Shown here: positions 50,206 to 58,677 of the stretch, one piece after another
Numbering within the stretch: the stretch's first letter is position 1
Layout of the letters: each line of letters opens with the position of its first letter
Assembly (NCBI GenBank): GCA_003247575.1
Contig: QJZC01000002.1
Location: 69,480-133,479, forward strand
Source of the DNA: Pseudomonadota bacterium
Lineage (GTDB): Bacteria; Myxococcota_A; UBA9160; SZUA-336
Length of the DNA: 64,000 nt
Reading direction: 5' to 3'
The notes under the pieces: generated by a model
Seen by the model: the letters and a program-made list of their open reading frames with translations, nothing else
Database searches by the model: none
Told to the model about the DNA's origin: nothing
Made by a program: the position numbers and the translations under genes

Positions 50206-51429
50206 CTAGAGCGGCAGGTCGCCCGTCGAGTGGTTCACCGAGCCGGTCTCGTTGTAGGAGCGCATCGCTAGCTCTGCGACCCGCATCTTGTGAACCTCGT
50301 CCGAGCCATCGGCGATGCGCGACCAACGGGCACCGATGAGCATCTGGGCGATCGGGGAGTCGTTCGAGTAGCCCAGGGCGCCGTGCACTTGGAGCGCGCG
50401 ATCGACCGTACGCCACAGGGTGTTCGCCACGTGATGCTTTGCCATCGAAACCTCGGCGCGAAAGTCGAGCTTCTGTTCGATCTTGTAGGCGGCGTGGAGC
50501 ACCATCAGCTTGGCTGCGTAGAGCTCCATGTTGCTCTCGGCGATCATCCACTGGATTCCCTGCTTCTCCGACAGCAACGATCCATGTGCATAGCGCTTCT
50601 GCGCGCGATCAATCATCAGCTCGAGCGCATGCTCGATCTGTCCCAGCCAGCGCATGCAGTGGGCCAGGCGCGCGGGTCCGAGCCGCACCTGGCCGAGCAG
50701 ATGTCCGCCTCCCTCGGTACCGAGGATGTTGGCGTGCGGGACGCGTACGTCCGTGTAGCTGCACTCGGGATGTCCGCCGCCACCACCCATCGTCTCGACA
50801 TCGCGTACGATCTTGAAGCCCGGCGTGTCGGTGGGCACGATGAACGCGGTATTGCGCGCTTGCGGCGGATCGGCATCCGGCTCCGTGCAAGCGATCAGAA
50901 TGATGAAGTGCGCACGTCCGGCTCCCGACGCGAACCACTTCGTGCCATTGATGACCCACTCGTCGCCATCGCGCACGGCGCGAGTCTTGACCTGCGTTGG
51001 ATCCGAGCCGGCGCTGTCGGGCTCGGTCATCGAGAACGCAGAGTGCATCGTGCCTTCGCAGAGGGGACGCAGCCACTTCTCCTTCTGCTCCTCGGTGCCA
51101 AAGTGAAGGAGCGTATGCATGTTGCCTTCGTCCGGCGCCTGGCAGTTGATGATGTACGGACCCATGCGAGTCTTCACCGCGTCAGCCGACACCGCGGCAA
51201 CGGCCGTCGGCCCGAGGCCCATTCCACCGTACTCCTCCGGCATGTGGGGGAGCCATACGCCCCACTCACGCGCTTGTTGACGCAGCTCGCCCAGCGCTCC
51301 GCGCCACGCCCCACCTTGTCCCTGCTCACGTAGCTCACGGAAACGAGGGCGTACCACCTCGTGCATGAAGCGCCGGACCTGTAGTCGAGCGTTCTCTACC
51401 TCTTCGGGGAAGTTGAAGTCGATGGCCAT
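50206..51429 (-). CDS. Acyl-CoA dehydrogenase family protein (ACAD10/11 / FadE2-like)
   Basis: The ATG at 51429 gives MAIDFNFPEEVENARL.... ACAD blocks are present (FSMTEPDSAGSDPT, WVINGTKWFASGA, GALGYSNDSPIAQM). Confidence 0.9.
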   Translation of the reverse strand: MAIDFNFPEEVENARLQVRRFMHEVVRPRFRELREQGQGGAWRGALGELRQQAREWGVWLPHMPEEYGGMGLGPTAVAAVSADAVKTRMGPYIINCQAPDEGNMHTLLHFGTEEQKEKWLRPLCEGTMHSAFSMTEPDSAGSDPTQVKTRAVRDGDEWVINGTKWFASGAGRAHFIILIACTEPDADPPQARNTAFIVPTDTPGFKIVRDVETMGGGGGHPECSYTDVRVPHANILGTEGGGHLLGQVRLGPARLAHCMRWLGQIEHALELMIDRAQKRYAHGSLLSEKQGIQWMIAESNMELYAAKLMVLHAAYKIEQKLDFRAEVSMAKHHVANTLWRTVDRALQVHGALGYSNDSPIAQMLIGARWSRIADGSDEVHKMRVAELAMRSYNETGSVNHSTGDLPL

Positions 51430-51672
51430 GCGAGCGTCTCCTCGTAGTCGCGGTACTTCGTTGGAATGGTGGTTGGAACGGTGTCCTGCGGGCGTCATCG
51501 ATTCTACCGCCTAGGGGGCCGCTCTGGGTGTGCTTCCGGCGCTCGCGGAAGAGACTCTGCGGCTGCGCCGGATCCCCGACGGCATGCTCGCGAGCCGCCC
51601 CACGGCTGGAGCTTCGAGCCAGGGCGGTGATAGACTCGCCCTCGCACGCTCGAGAAGAAGGAGGGCGATGGC

Positions 51673-52710
51673 ATGGCAGGTGAAGTCGTCACAGAGGTGC
51701 GCGAGGCACACCGCTTCGATGAACGCGCCCTCGGGGCCTATCTGGCGGAGCGCATTCCCGGATTCAAGGCAGAGATTGCAGTGCGGCAGTTCGAGGGGGG
51801 GCAGTCGAATCCCACCTTCTTGATCGAGTCGGGCGATCGCAAGTACGTCATGCGCAAGAAGCCGCCGGGCCAGCTCCTCGCCACGGCTCACATGGTCGAG
51901 CGCGAGTACCGCATCATGACGGCCCTCCAGGATACCGACGTGCCGGTACCGCGGACGTACCTCCTGTGCGAGGATCCGGACCTCACCGGCACGGCCTTCT
52001 TCTTGATGGAGTTCAGTCAGGGCCGTCTGCTGCGCGACGCGAGTCTGCCGGGCCTGAGCCTGGAGCGGCGCCGTGCGACCTATCGAGAGATGGCGCGCGT
52101 TCTCGCTGCTCTTCACGCACTCGAGCCATCGGAGGTCGGACTGGCCGACTATGGCAAGTCCGGCAACTACTTCAAACGGCAGATCGAGCGCTGGACCAAG
52201 CAGTACGTAGACGCGAAGACGAGCGAAATCGATTGCATGGAGGCACTGATCGAGTGGCTTCCCGCCAACATGCCGGACGACAGCTCGAACCGCATCGTGC
52301 ACGGCGACTACCTGCTCAACAACATGATCTTCCACCCGGAAGAGGATCGGGTGATCGCGGTGCTCGACTGGGAGCTGTCGACCCTGGGGCATCCACTCGC
52401 CGATCTCGCCTACAACTGCATGCCATATCACCTCAACCGAACTGGTGCACCGCTCAACACACTGACCGACACGGGCATCCCATCCGAGTCCGACTACGTC
52501 GCACAATACTGCGAGCTCTCCGGACGCTCCGGCATCGACCGCTGGAACTTCTACCTGGCATTCTCGTTCTTCCGCTACGCGAGCATCATCCAAGGGGTCT
52601 ACAAGCGCGGCCTGCAGGGAAACGCGAGCTCGCAGTCGGCAAAGGGAATGGGCGCCTACGTCAAGGTCGTGGGCGACATCGGCTGGGGACTGGCCCAGCG
52701 GCAGGAGTGA
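51673..52710 (+). CDS. Phosphotransferase (APH/choline-kinase fold) family protein
   Basis: VRQFEGGQSNPTFLIESGDRKYVMRKKPPG, IVHGDYLLNNMIF and VLDWELSTLGHPLADLAY match the APH-like domain found N-terminal in ACAD10/11. Confidence 0.85.
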   Translation: MAGEVVTEVREAHRFDERALGAYLAERIPGFKAEIAVRQFEGGQSNPTFLIESGDRKYVMRKKPPGQLLATAHMVEREYRIMTALQDTDVPVPRTYLLCEDPDLTGTAFFLMEFSQGRLLRDASLPGLSLERRRATYREMARVLAALHALEPSEVGLADYGKSGNYFKRQIERWTKQYVDAKTSEIDCMEALIEWLPANMPDDSSNRIVHGDYLLNNMIFHPEEDRVIAVLDWELSTLGHPLADLAYNCMPYHLNRTGAPLNTLTDTGIPSESDYVAQYCELSGRSGIDRWNFYLAFSFFRYASIIQGVYKRGLQGNASSQSAKGMGAYVKVVGDIGWGLAQRQE

Positions 52711-52865
52711 GGAGTGAGCAGGTCGGGTTGGCCTCTCCGGCCCGCGTTGACCGCCCGGCAGCGCGGTGGTAGATTGCGCCGGAAGTGCAAGCCGAGTCTT
52801 GCGTTCGTGATCGAGCCTCGTAGCTAAGAACATCGCCAAGAAAGAACATCGCCAAGAACGCCAAG

Positions 52866-53046
52866 AAGAGTCGTAGCCAGGGGCAGGAAGCCGGTGAGAA
52901 TCCGGCGCGGTGCCGCCACTGTGACCGGGGAGTAGCGATCCATTTCGAGCCACTGCCAGCACGCTGTAGCCAATGCGCGGTCAGCGTGCGCCGGCGGGAA
53001 GGCGGGTCGTTGCATTGAACCGCAGCCAGGACATTGCCGCGCTACG
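52866..53046 (+). promoter_or_regulatory. Cobalamin (B12) riboswitch
   Basis: GGAAGCCGGTGAGAATCCGGCGCGGTGCCGCCACTGTGA core, GAGCCACTG B12 box, GGGAAGGCGGG and the 3' element AGCCAGGACATTGCCGC. It lies upstream of cbtB-cbtA. Boundaries are approximate. Confidence 0.75.
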
Positions 53047-53181
53047 CAGGACCAATCGCGCGCAGAACCCATTGCAGCATCGGTGCGAACGCACACGCGA
53101 GCGTAGGCGCACACGGCAGGTGCAGTCGGAAATGGGCTCGGCGCAGTACCAATCAGGGACGCAGCATCCCAGGGGGTCTCA

Positions 53182-53421
53182 ATGTCTGTCCTCACTCAGG
53201 AACTCTCGCACAACGCTGGATCGCTCGGCCGCATCCGGGCTTCGGAGCTCTGGCTCCCGGGGCTGGCAAGCCTGCTACTCGTAGCGGGAATGCTCTACGT
53301 CGTGGCCTTCGACCAAGGCTCACTCGCCTCGCTGGTCACCACGCGCCTGATGGAGTCTGGCGGCGTACTGCACGAGTTCTTCCACGACGCGCGACACCTG
53401 CTCGGCGTTCCCTGTCACTGA
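53182..53421 (+). CDS. cbtB: Cobalt transporter subunit CbtB
   Basis: 79 aa, one TM helix, C-terminal HEFFHDARHLLGVPCH signature. Downstream of a B12 riboswitch. Confidence 0.8.
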   Translation: MSVLTQELSHNAGSLGRIRASELWLPGLASLLLVAGMLYVVAFDQGSLASLVTTRLMESGGVLHEFFHDARHLLGVPCH

Positions 53422-53434
53422 TCTCCGAACGATC

Positions 53435-54301
53435 GTGCTCACACAATCGATTCTTCGGGGGGCCTGCGCGGGCCTCTTCGCAGGGCTGATTGCGGGACTC
53501 TTCGCTTTGGCCGTTGCAGAGCCGTCCATTGACACCGCGATTGCGATCGAGGAAGCCGCCGCTGGGGCAACTACAGCCGATCTCGGATCCCGATCCCCCG
53601 GATCGGGGGCAGAGTCCAGCGCTCACTCTCATTCTTCAGAGGCCCATGATCATGCGTCCGAGCCTGCTGGGTCCGAGGTCCGATCCTACGCGTCGGGCGC
53701 CAACCACAGTCACGGGTCCGACCATAGCCACGCGTCCGAGGATGGGCTGTCGCGAGCCACGCAAAAGCTGGGGCTCGTCGTCGGCATGATGCTCTACGGT
53801 CTCTCTCTGGGGGCAATGTTCGGTGTCGCCTTCGCCTGGAGCATAGGACGCGTTCGCGGGGACGCCTGGATCCGCGCGATCAAGCTCGGGTGCGTCTCGA
53901 TCGGCGCACTCGTCCTACTACCGGCGCTCAGCTATCCCCCGAATCCGCCAGCGGTCGGGGACCCGAGTACCGTCGGGTCCCGCACGGGGCTCTTCTTGAT
54001 CGTGTGGATCTCCGGTCTCGGCATCGCGACCTGTGCTTGGGCCAGCCTGAGACGACTCGAGAGGCAGGGCTGGTCGCCTCCCGTCGCGCAGGTGATCGCC
54101 GGTCTGGGCGTCTGCACCGCAGTGGCCCTCCTCTTGTTTGCTCTGCCGGCGGGGGCGGGGGCCCCGGGGTTCCCAGCGGACGTTCTCTGGACCTTCCGGG
54201 TCTCGGCGGTCGCCACGCAGGCGGTTCTCTTCGGAGGGATCGCCGTCCTCTACGGACTCCTGGCCATGCGAGAGCGGCACCCGCATGCACTCGCCGGCTG
54301 A
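53435..54301 (+). CDS. cbtA: Cobalt transporter subunit CbtA with a His-rich loop
   Basis: N-terminus ILRGACAGLFAGLIAGLFALAVAEPSIDTAIAIEE and multiple TM helices. His-rich insert SAHSHSSEAHDHAS...ANHSHGSDHSHASE. Follows cbtB. Confidence 0.8.
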   Translation: MLTQSILRGACAGLFAGLIAGLFALAVAEPSIDTAIAIEEAAAGATTADLGSRSPGSGAESSAHSHSSEAHDHASEPAGSEVRSYASGANHSHGSDHSHASEDGLSRATQKLGLVVGMMLYGLSLGAMFGVAFAWSIGRVRGDAWIRAIKLGCVSIGALVLLPALSYPPNPPAVGDPSTVGSRTGLFLIVWISGLGIATCAWASLRRLERQGWSPPVAQVIAGLGVCTAVALLLFALPAGAGAPGFPADVLWTFRVSAVATQAVLFGGIAVLYGLLAMRERHPHALAG

Positions 54302-54325
54302 GGCTGCTCTCGCGCCCAAGCTTCC

Positions 54326-54931
54326 ATGCAGCGCTTGCTCCTGATCCGGCATGGGCGGACCGAAGCCACGCGCCGTGCACTGTTTCCCACCACGACCGGT
54401 GCGCACCCGGTGCTCGGGTGTGAGCGGCTGGATGCTCGGGGAGAAGAGAGCGTTCTGCGCCTCGGCGGCTACCTGCCGCGCAGCGACCGCTGCTGGTCGT
54501 CGTGCGCCGAGCGATCGCTCCAGACGGCGCGTGCACTCACAGGAACCGAGCCGGTATCCAAGCCCGAGCTCGCCGAGGCGGACTTCGGTCGCTGGACGGG
54601 CCTGAGCCTCGACGAGGTGCACCTGCGCTGGCCAACGGAGCTCGCCGAATGGCTGCACGACCCGAGCAAGGCTCCCTACGGCGGCGAGAGTCTCGATGCC
54701 GTGCGCGAACGCGCCGGACGTGTCCTCGCAGAGGCGCGCGAGTCTCCGGGCACGACCTTGGCCGTGACCCATGGAGGATGGATCAAGGCCGCGCTGCTCC
54801 AAGTGCTCGAGCTCCCGAACCTTGCCGTCTGGAACCTCGACGTCGCACCGGCATCCGCTACAGAGCTTCACCCACAGCCGCGTGGGGGTGGATGGCGGGT
54901 CACTCGACTCAACTGGACCCCCTCGCTCTAG
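54326..54931 (+). CDS. Histidine phosphatase family protein (CobC / alpha-ribazole phosphatase candidate by context)
   Basis: LLLIRHGRTEA (RHG motif) and VTHGGWIKA (second catalytic His). Third gene of the riboswitch-controlled unit. Confidence 0.6.
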   Translation: MQRLLLIRHGRTEATRRALFPTTTGAHPVLGCERLDARGEESVLRLGGYLPRSDRCWSSCAERSLQTARALTGTEPVSKPELAEADFGRWTGLSLDEVHLRWPTELAEWLHDPSKAPYGGESLDAVRERAGRVLAEARESPGTTLAVTHGGWIKAALLQVLELPNLAVWNLDVAPASATELHPQPRGGGWRVTRLNWTPSL

Positions 54932-54979
54932 CAGCCCGCCTACGAAGTCATTCCCGTCGCCAAGCGTCCCTGCAGCTCG

Positions 54980-57328
54980 TCAGAACAGCGACAGCTGTCG
55001 GGGACGCCCCAGTGCTTCGTCGAAGCTCTGGCCGAGCGGGTGCAGGATCGCATCCGCGACCGGACGCATCACGCGGTCGACGTAGTACGCGTAGTCGATC
55101 CCAGCGGGTAAGGGCGCATCTTCGAGCACGGGCTCGGCGCCGCGCGAGGTCATGACATAGCGCACCTCGCGTGCGTTGCGCAGGCCGGATTTGCGCGCGG
55201 CCTCTACGTGGGGCGCCAGCTGCTTGGTGTAGCGCTCGACCGCTCCCTTGCGCAGCCGCTTGCGGATCACGAGCGCATCGTCGCACTCCCCAGAACGCAC
55301 ACCGCGAACCAACTCCGCAACGAATGGGAGCACGGGATGCTCGAGGAACGCTCGCTCCAGCATGCCGAGCTGGAGCCGCTTCGCAATCTCGGGCCAGTCG
55401 CGGCGCACCGCTTCGAGACCCACGACCGCGACTACGCCGTCCACCAACCCGGCATATCGCTTCTTGCTGCCCTTGCGTCCACCCCGCACGCTGGGCTGAA
55501 AGAAGCGCGCGTAGAGCTGATCCAGCTCGAGCTCGAGCTGAGGCGCGACACGGTAGCGCTCACGAATCTCGTGATGAATGACCGCCTGCACGCGATCGCG
55601 CAGATCATGCGCGCGCTGGCGCGCTCGGGAGACATCGAGCTCCGCCCCGAGCTCCACGAACACGGAATCGGTATCTCCGTAGAGCACGCGCGCTCCGAGC
55701 CCGTCGAATGCGGCACGGGTCTGGAGCAACACCTGCTGCCCGAACGTCGTGATGGCATTGGCGAGCTCCGGGTCGAAGAACCGGCAGGATGCCGAGCCCA
55801 ACACCCCGAAGAAGGAGTTCATCAGCAGCTTGATCGCGAGGTCGGTGTGGCGATCGCCGCGCTCCTTGGCGACCTCGCGCCGCGTCGCGAAGCGCGCGAG
55901 GATCTCTGGCAGGATTGCAGGTGCGCGAGAGAAGCAAGCGCCGTTGGGGGCCCGCAGGAAGCCGGCCTCGCTCGACTCGCAGTCCGACTCGCAGTCAGCT
56001 TGGGCGAGAGCATGCGCCAGCGGATCCAGATTGAAGGTACGAATCAGACTCGGATAGAGGCTCTTGAAGTCGAACACGGCCACGTTCCCGAAAAAGCCTG
56101 GGTTCGAGTCGAGGACCGCCCCCCCGCGAACCGGAGCACTCTTGCGGCTACGCTGAACACAAGGGGCGACTCGCTTGCGCCGATGCAGCTCGGGCAGGTA
56201 CACCCGATCGAAGGAGGCGATGCTGGCACCCACGCGGTCGAGCTGCATTCCCGAGAGCAAGCTGCGCTCCACCGCCAGCTCGACGAGCGCTTGGTCCTCG
56301 AGGATGTCCCGGACGAGGCGAGCGTCTTCGAGGTTGTAGCGCAGGAATGCGCTCGGCTCTTCGCGATACATCCGCAGGATCTCTCGAGCCGAGTTTCCCC
56401 GCGATTTGTCGATGCGCTTCCCGCGCCCCAGGATGTGCTGCGCAGCGGTCTCGAGGCGATAGTCCTCGAGCTGAATGAAGGAGTCGCGCACCAGCCCGAG
56501 CGCATCGAGCACCTGCCTGCCGCTGACCTCTGCCCGCGACTGACGCGTGAATCCCTCGTCGCGGCGAAAGTAGATCCGGTCGGGAGTACGTCCGATTCGA
56601 AAGGGGATCCCGAGGGCCTGCGCGCGTGTCGCCAGCACGCGTAGGTCGAAGTCGACGACGTTCCATCCGGTGAGCACGTCGGGATCGAGCGCGCAGATCC
56701 GCTCCGCCACGCGGGCGAGCAAGCTACGCTCGTCCGCATGAGCCTGCGCACCGTCGAGCTCCATCGAGGAGACCCAGTGCACCTCTTCGGTGTCGCATCC
56801 GACCAGTGCTGCGGAGAGGATGCGCGATGCATCGGGCAGCGTCTCGATGTCGATCGACAAGGTACGTAGATTCGGTCGAAAGCTCGCGGGCGCGAGCTCG
56901 GGATTTCTGAACCACGTCACACGCCCTCGCATCCGCCCCTCACCCTCGATGCAGATCGAGGCGCCGAGCGCGCGCTCGATCATGTACTGAGACGCAGGGC
57001 GCAGGTCGGCCTCGAACAGCTCTACCTGCGTGCGCTCGAGCGCGCTTCGCAGCTCCATCAAGGCGGCGGGGGTGTCCGTACTCGCACGTACGAGCGGCTC
57101 GCCACCGAGACTCCGAAGCGAGGTGGGCTCCACCGAGACCTGACTCCGCCCGCGCGCCCGCGCCACGTCGGCAGCGCGCAGATAGAGCCCCGGACGAAAG
57201 CGGTCGTCCTCCACGGCGAAGGGGGCACCCGACTCCAGCACGCCCAGCAGCCGCATCACGGTTCGTCCGCTCACGACGCGCGCACTCGGATGCAGGACGA
57301 ATCCGCGCAGCGACGAAGTCTCACGCAT
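54980..57328 (-). CDS. polB: Family-B DNA polymerase (DNA polymerase II type)
   Basis: Exonuclease blocks (LSIDIET, NVVDFDL), polymerase motifs FDFKSLYPSLIRTFNLDP, LLMNSFFGVLG and VLYGDTDSVFVEL. 782 aa. Confidence 0.9.
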   Translation of the reverse strand: MRETSSLRGFVLHPSARVVSGRTVMRLLGVLESGAPFAVEDDRFRPGLYLRAADVARARGRSQVSVEPTSLRSLGGEPLVRASTDTPAALMELRSALERTQVELFEADLRPASQYMIERALGASICIEGEGRMRGRVTWFRNPELAPASFRPNLRTLSIDIETLPDASRILSAALVGCDTEEVHWVSSMELDGAQAHADERSLLARVAERICALDPDVLTGWNVVDFDLRVLATRAQALGIPFRIGRTPDRIYFRRDEGFTRQSRAEVSGRQVLDALGLVRDSFIQLEDYRLETAAQHILGRGKRIDKSRGNSAREILRMYREEPSAFLRYNLEDARLVRDILEDQALVELAVERSLLSGMQLDRVGASIASFDRVYLPELHRRKRVAPCVQRSRKSAPVRGGAVLDSNPGFFGNVAVFDFKSLYPSLIRTFNLDPLAHALAQADCESDCESSEAGFLRAPNGACFSRAPAILPEILARFATRREVAKERGDRHTDLAIKLLMNSFFGVLGSASCRFFDPELANAITTFGQQVLLQTRAAFDGLGARVLYGDTDSVFVELGAELDVSRARQRAHDLRDRVQAVIHHEIRERYRVAPQLELELDQLYARFFQPSVRGGRKGSKKRYAGLVDGVVAVVGLEAVRRDWPEIAKRLQLGMLERAFLEHPVLPFVAELVRGVRSGECDDALVIRKRLRKGAVERYTKQLAPHVEAARKSGLRNAREVRYVMTSRGAEPVLEDAPLPAGIDYAYYVDRVMRPVADAILHPLGQSFDEALGRPRQLSLF

Positions 57329-57421
57329 GAGGCGAGTCCTTTTCAGCTCCCGGATGCCGAGGCAACCGCCAGTCTACTGCATCGCAGAAGAGGCCAAGTG
57401 CGCTTGCTCTCGACACCCCGG

Positions 57422-58564
57422 TCAGAGCTCGCGCAGCATCCGTCCGACGAAGCTGTCCTGCTTGCGCGGCGTGCGGCGCACGTACTGCGCGAACACGTCG
57501 CGGTTGCGGTGGCGCGAGCGCTCCTGGATCTCGAACTCGTTCTCTCGATCGAGCACCGCCTGCGTGATCATTCCGGCTCGGAACGAGTGCGCGCTGAACA
57601 GGTCGGCACGAGGCACCCCACAGTTCCGTAGACGCTGACGCAGGATACGCCCCACGCTCTCGGCATTCAGCGGGCCCGCCGATACTCGCCCCCAGCGATC
57701 CACGCTTCGGAACACATAGCCGGATGCAATGCCCGCCCCCTCGAGCCAAGCCTCGAGCGCACCCACCGCGCAGCGGTCCTCACCCACACGAGGAATTCCG
57801 AGCACACTCCCCACACCCGTGTGGTCCGTCTTCGAGTACGGGATGGTTACGTCGACCCCACCCGGATCGAAGTGGAGATCGTCGATGCGAATCCGAACCA
57901 GCTCCGACCGGCGCAAGCCCAGCGACCAGGCGCACAGGAACAGGGCACGGTCGCGCACGGAATGAAGGTCTGTCCCCAACTGATCGAGTAGCAGCCGCAG
58001 GTGCGTCCGCAAAAGGGGTGCCGCACGGCGAACCCGGAAGCTGCGCTGCGACTCTGCGAGCGTCGCGTCCGGCTCCGCGCGTAGCTGCGCGCGCGCGATT
58101 CCCGCGAGCTGGGCTCGCACGCGCTCGTCGTGGCCCGGGGCTGGGAATCCAGCGGCGCGGTTCCAGCGATTGAGCGCCGCGACGCGCCGGCGCAACGTGG
58201 AGATCTTCAAGCGGTCTCCGTGCTCGGCCAGGTAGCGTTCGACCTCTTCCGCTGAGGTTCCCCGGTCCGCCACTCCTCCGCTGGACTCGGCTCCCCTGTC
58301 CGACGCGATCGAGAGGGACGCGGCCGGCAGGCCTCCTTCGACCCAGCCCGGGACGTGCCCGCCCCAGCTCGTGAAGTGGCGCAGGTCTTGAGCGTATCCG
58401 CGCCTCGTGTTGTCCGAGGCTGCTCGCGCCCGGAAGAACGCGATCCGCTCCTGCACGCTCGGAGCGCTGGAAGCGAGCGCCGCAGCGATTCGCGCCTCGA
58501 CTGCTTCCGGATCAGCCGGGACGACGTCGGCAGGAGTGCCTTCGGGCGACTGCAAATCGGACAT
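57422..58564 (-). CDS. Tyrosine site-specific recombinase / integrase
   Basis: SAM-like N-domain (NTRRGYAQDLRHFTSW). Catalytic region LGLRRSEL ... SAHSFRAGMIT ... SRHRNRDVFAQYVR gives R, H-x-x-R, H and Y. Confidence 0.85.
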   Translation of the reverse strand: MSDLQSPEGTPADVVPADPEAVEARIAAALASSAPSVQERIAFFRARAASDNTRRGYAQDLRHFTSWGGHVPGWVEGGLPAASLSIASDRGAESSGGVADRGTSAEEVERYLAEHGDRLKISTLRRRVAALNRWNRAAGFPAPGHDERVRAQLAGIARAQLRAEPDATLAESQRSFRVRRAAPLLRTHLRLLLDQLGTDLHSVRDRALFLCAWSLGLRRSELVRIRIDDLHFDPGGVDVTIPYSKTDHTGVGSVLGIPRVGEDRCAVGALEAWLEGAGIASGYVFRSVDRWGRVSAGPLNAESVGRILRQRLRNCGVPRADLFSAHSFRAGMITQAVLDRENEFEIQERSRHRNRDVFAQYVRRTPRKQDSFVGRMLREL

Positions 58565-58611
58565 GTGCGCTCCTCGTTGGCAAAGGTGTCAATCTAGCGA
58601 GGCTCACACAT

Positions 58612-58664
58612 CGGATAAAGAAAATTATCCGATCGAATTTTACGTACTACGTACGACGTACTAC
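58612..58664. promoter_or_regulatory. AT-rich divergent control region with an inverted repeat and tandem ACGTAC-type repeats
   Basis: CGGATAA-N6-TTATCCG (58612-58631) followed by TACGTAC TACGTAC GACGTAC TAC (58641-58664). This is by far the most AT-rich stretch in the window. It lies between the integrase and kfrA-like starts. Confidence 0.35.
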
Positions 58665-58677
58665 AGTTAGATGCATA

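Noticed and set aside
51511-52962. 483-aa minus-strand ORF antisense to the APH-like kinase and running into the riboswitch region
   Set aside because: No domain is recognisable. It overlaps a well-supported sense gene and an RNA element.
55208-56644. 478-aa plus-strand ORF antisense to polB
   Set aside because: It is a shadow frame. polB motifs (DTDS, KSLYPS) are unambiguous on the minus strand.
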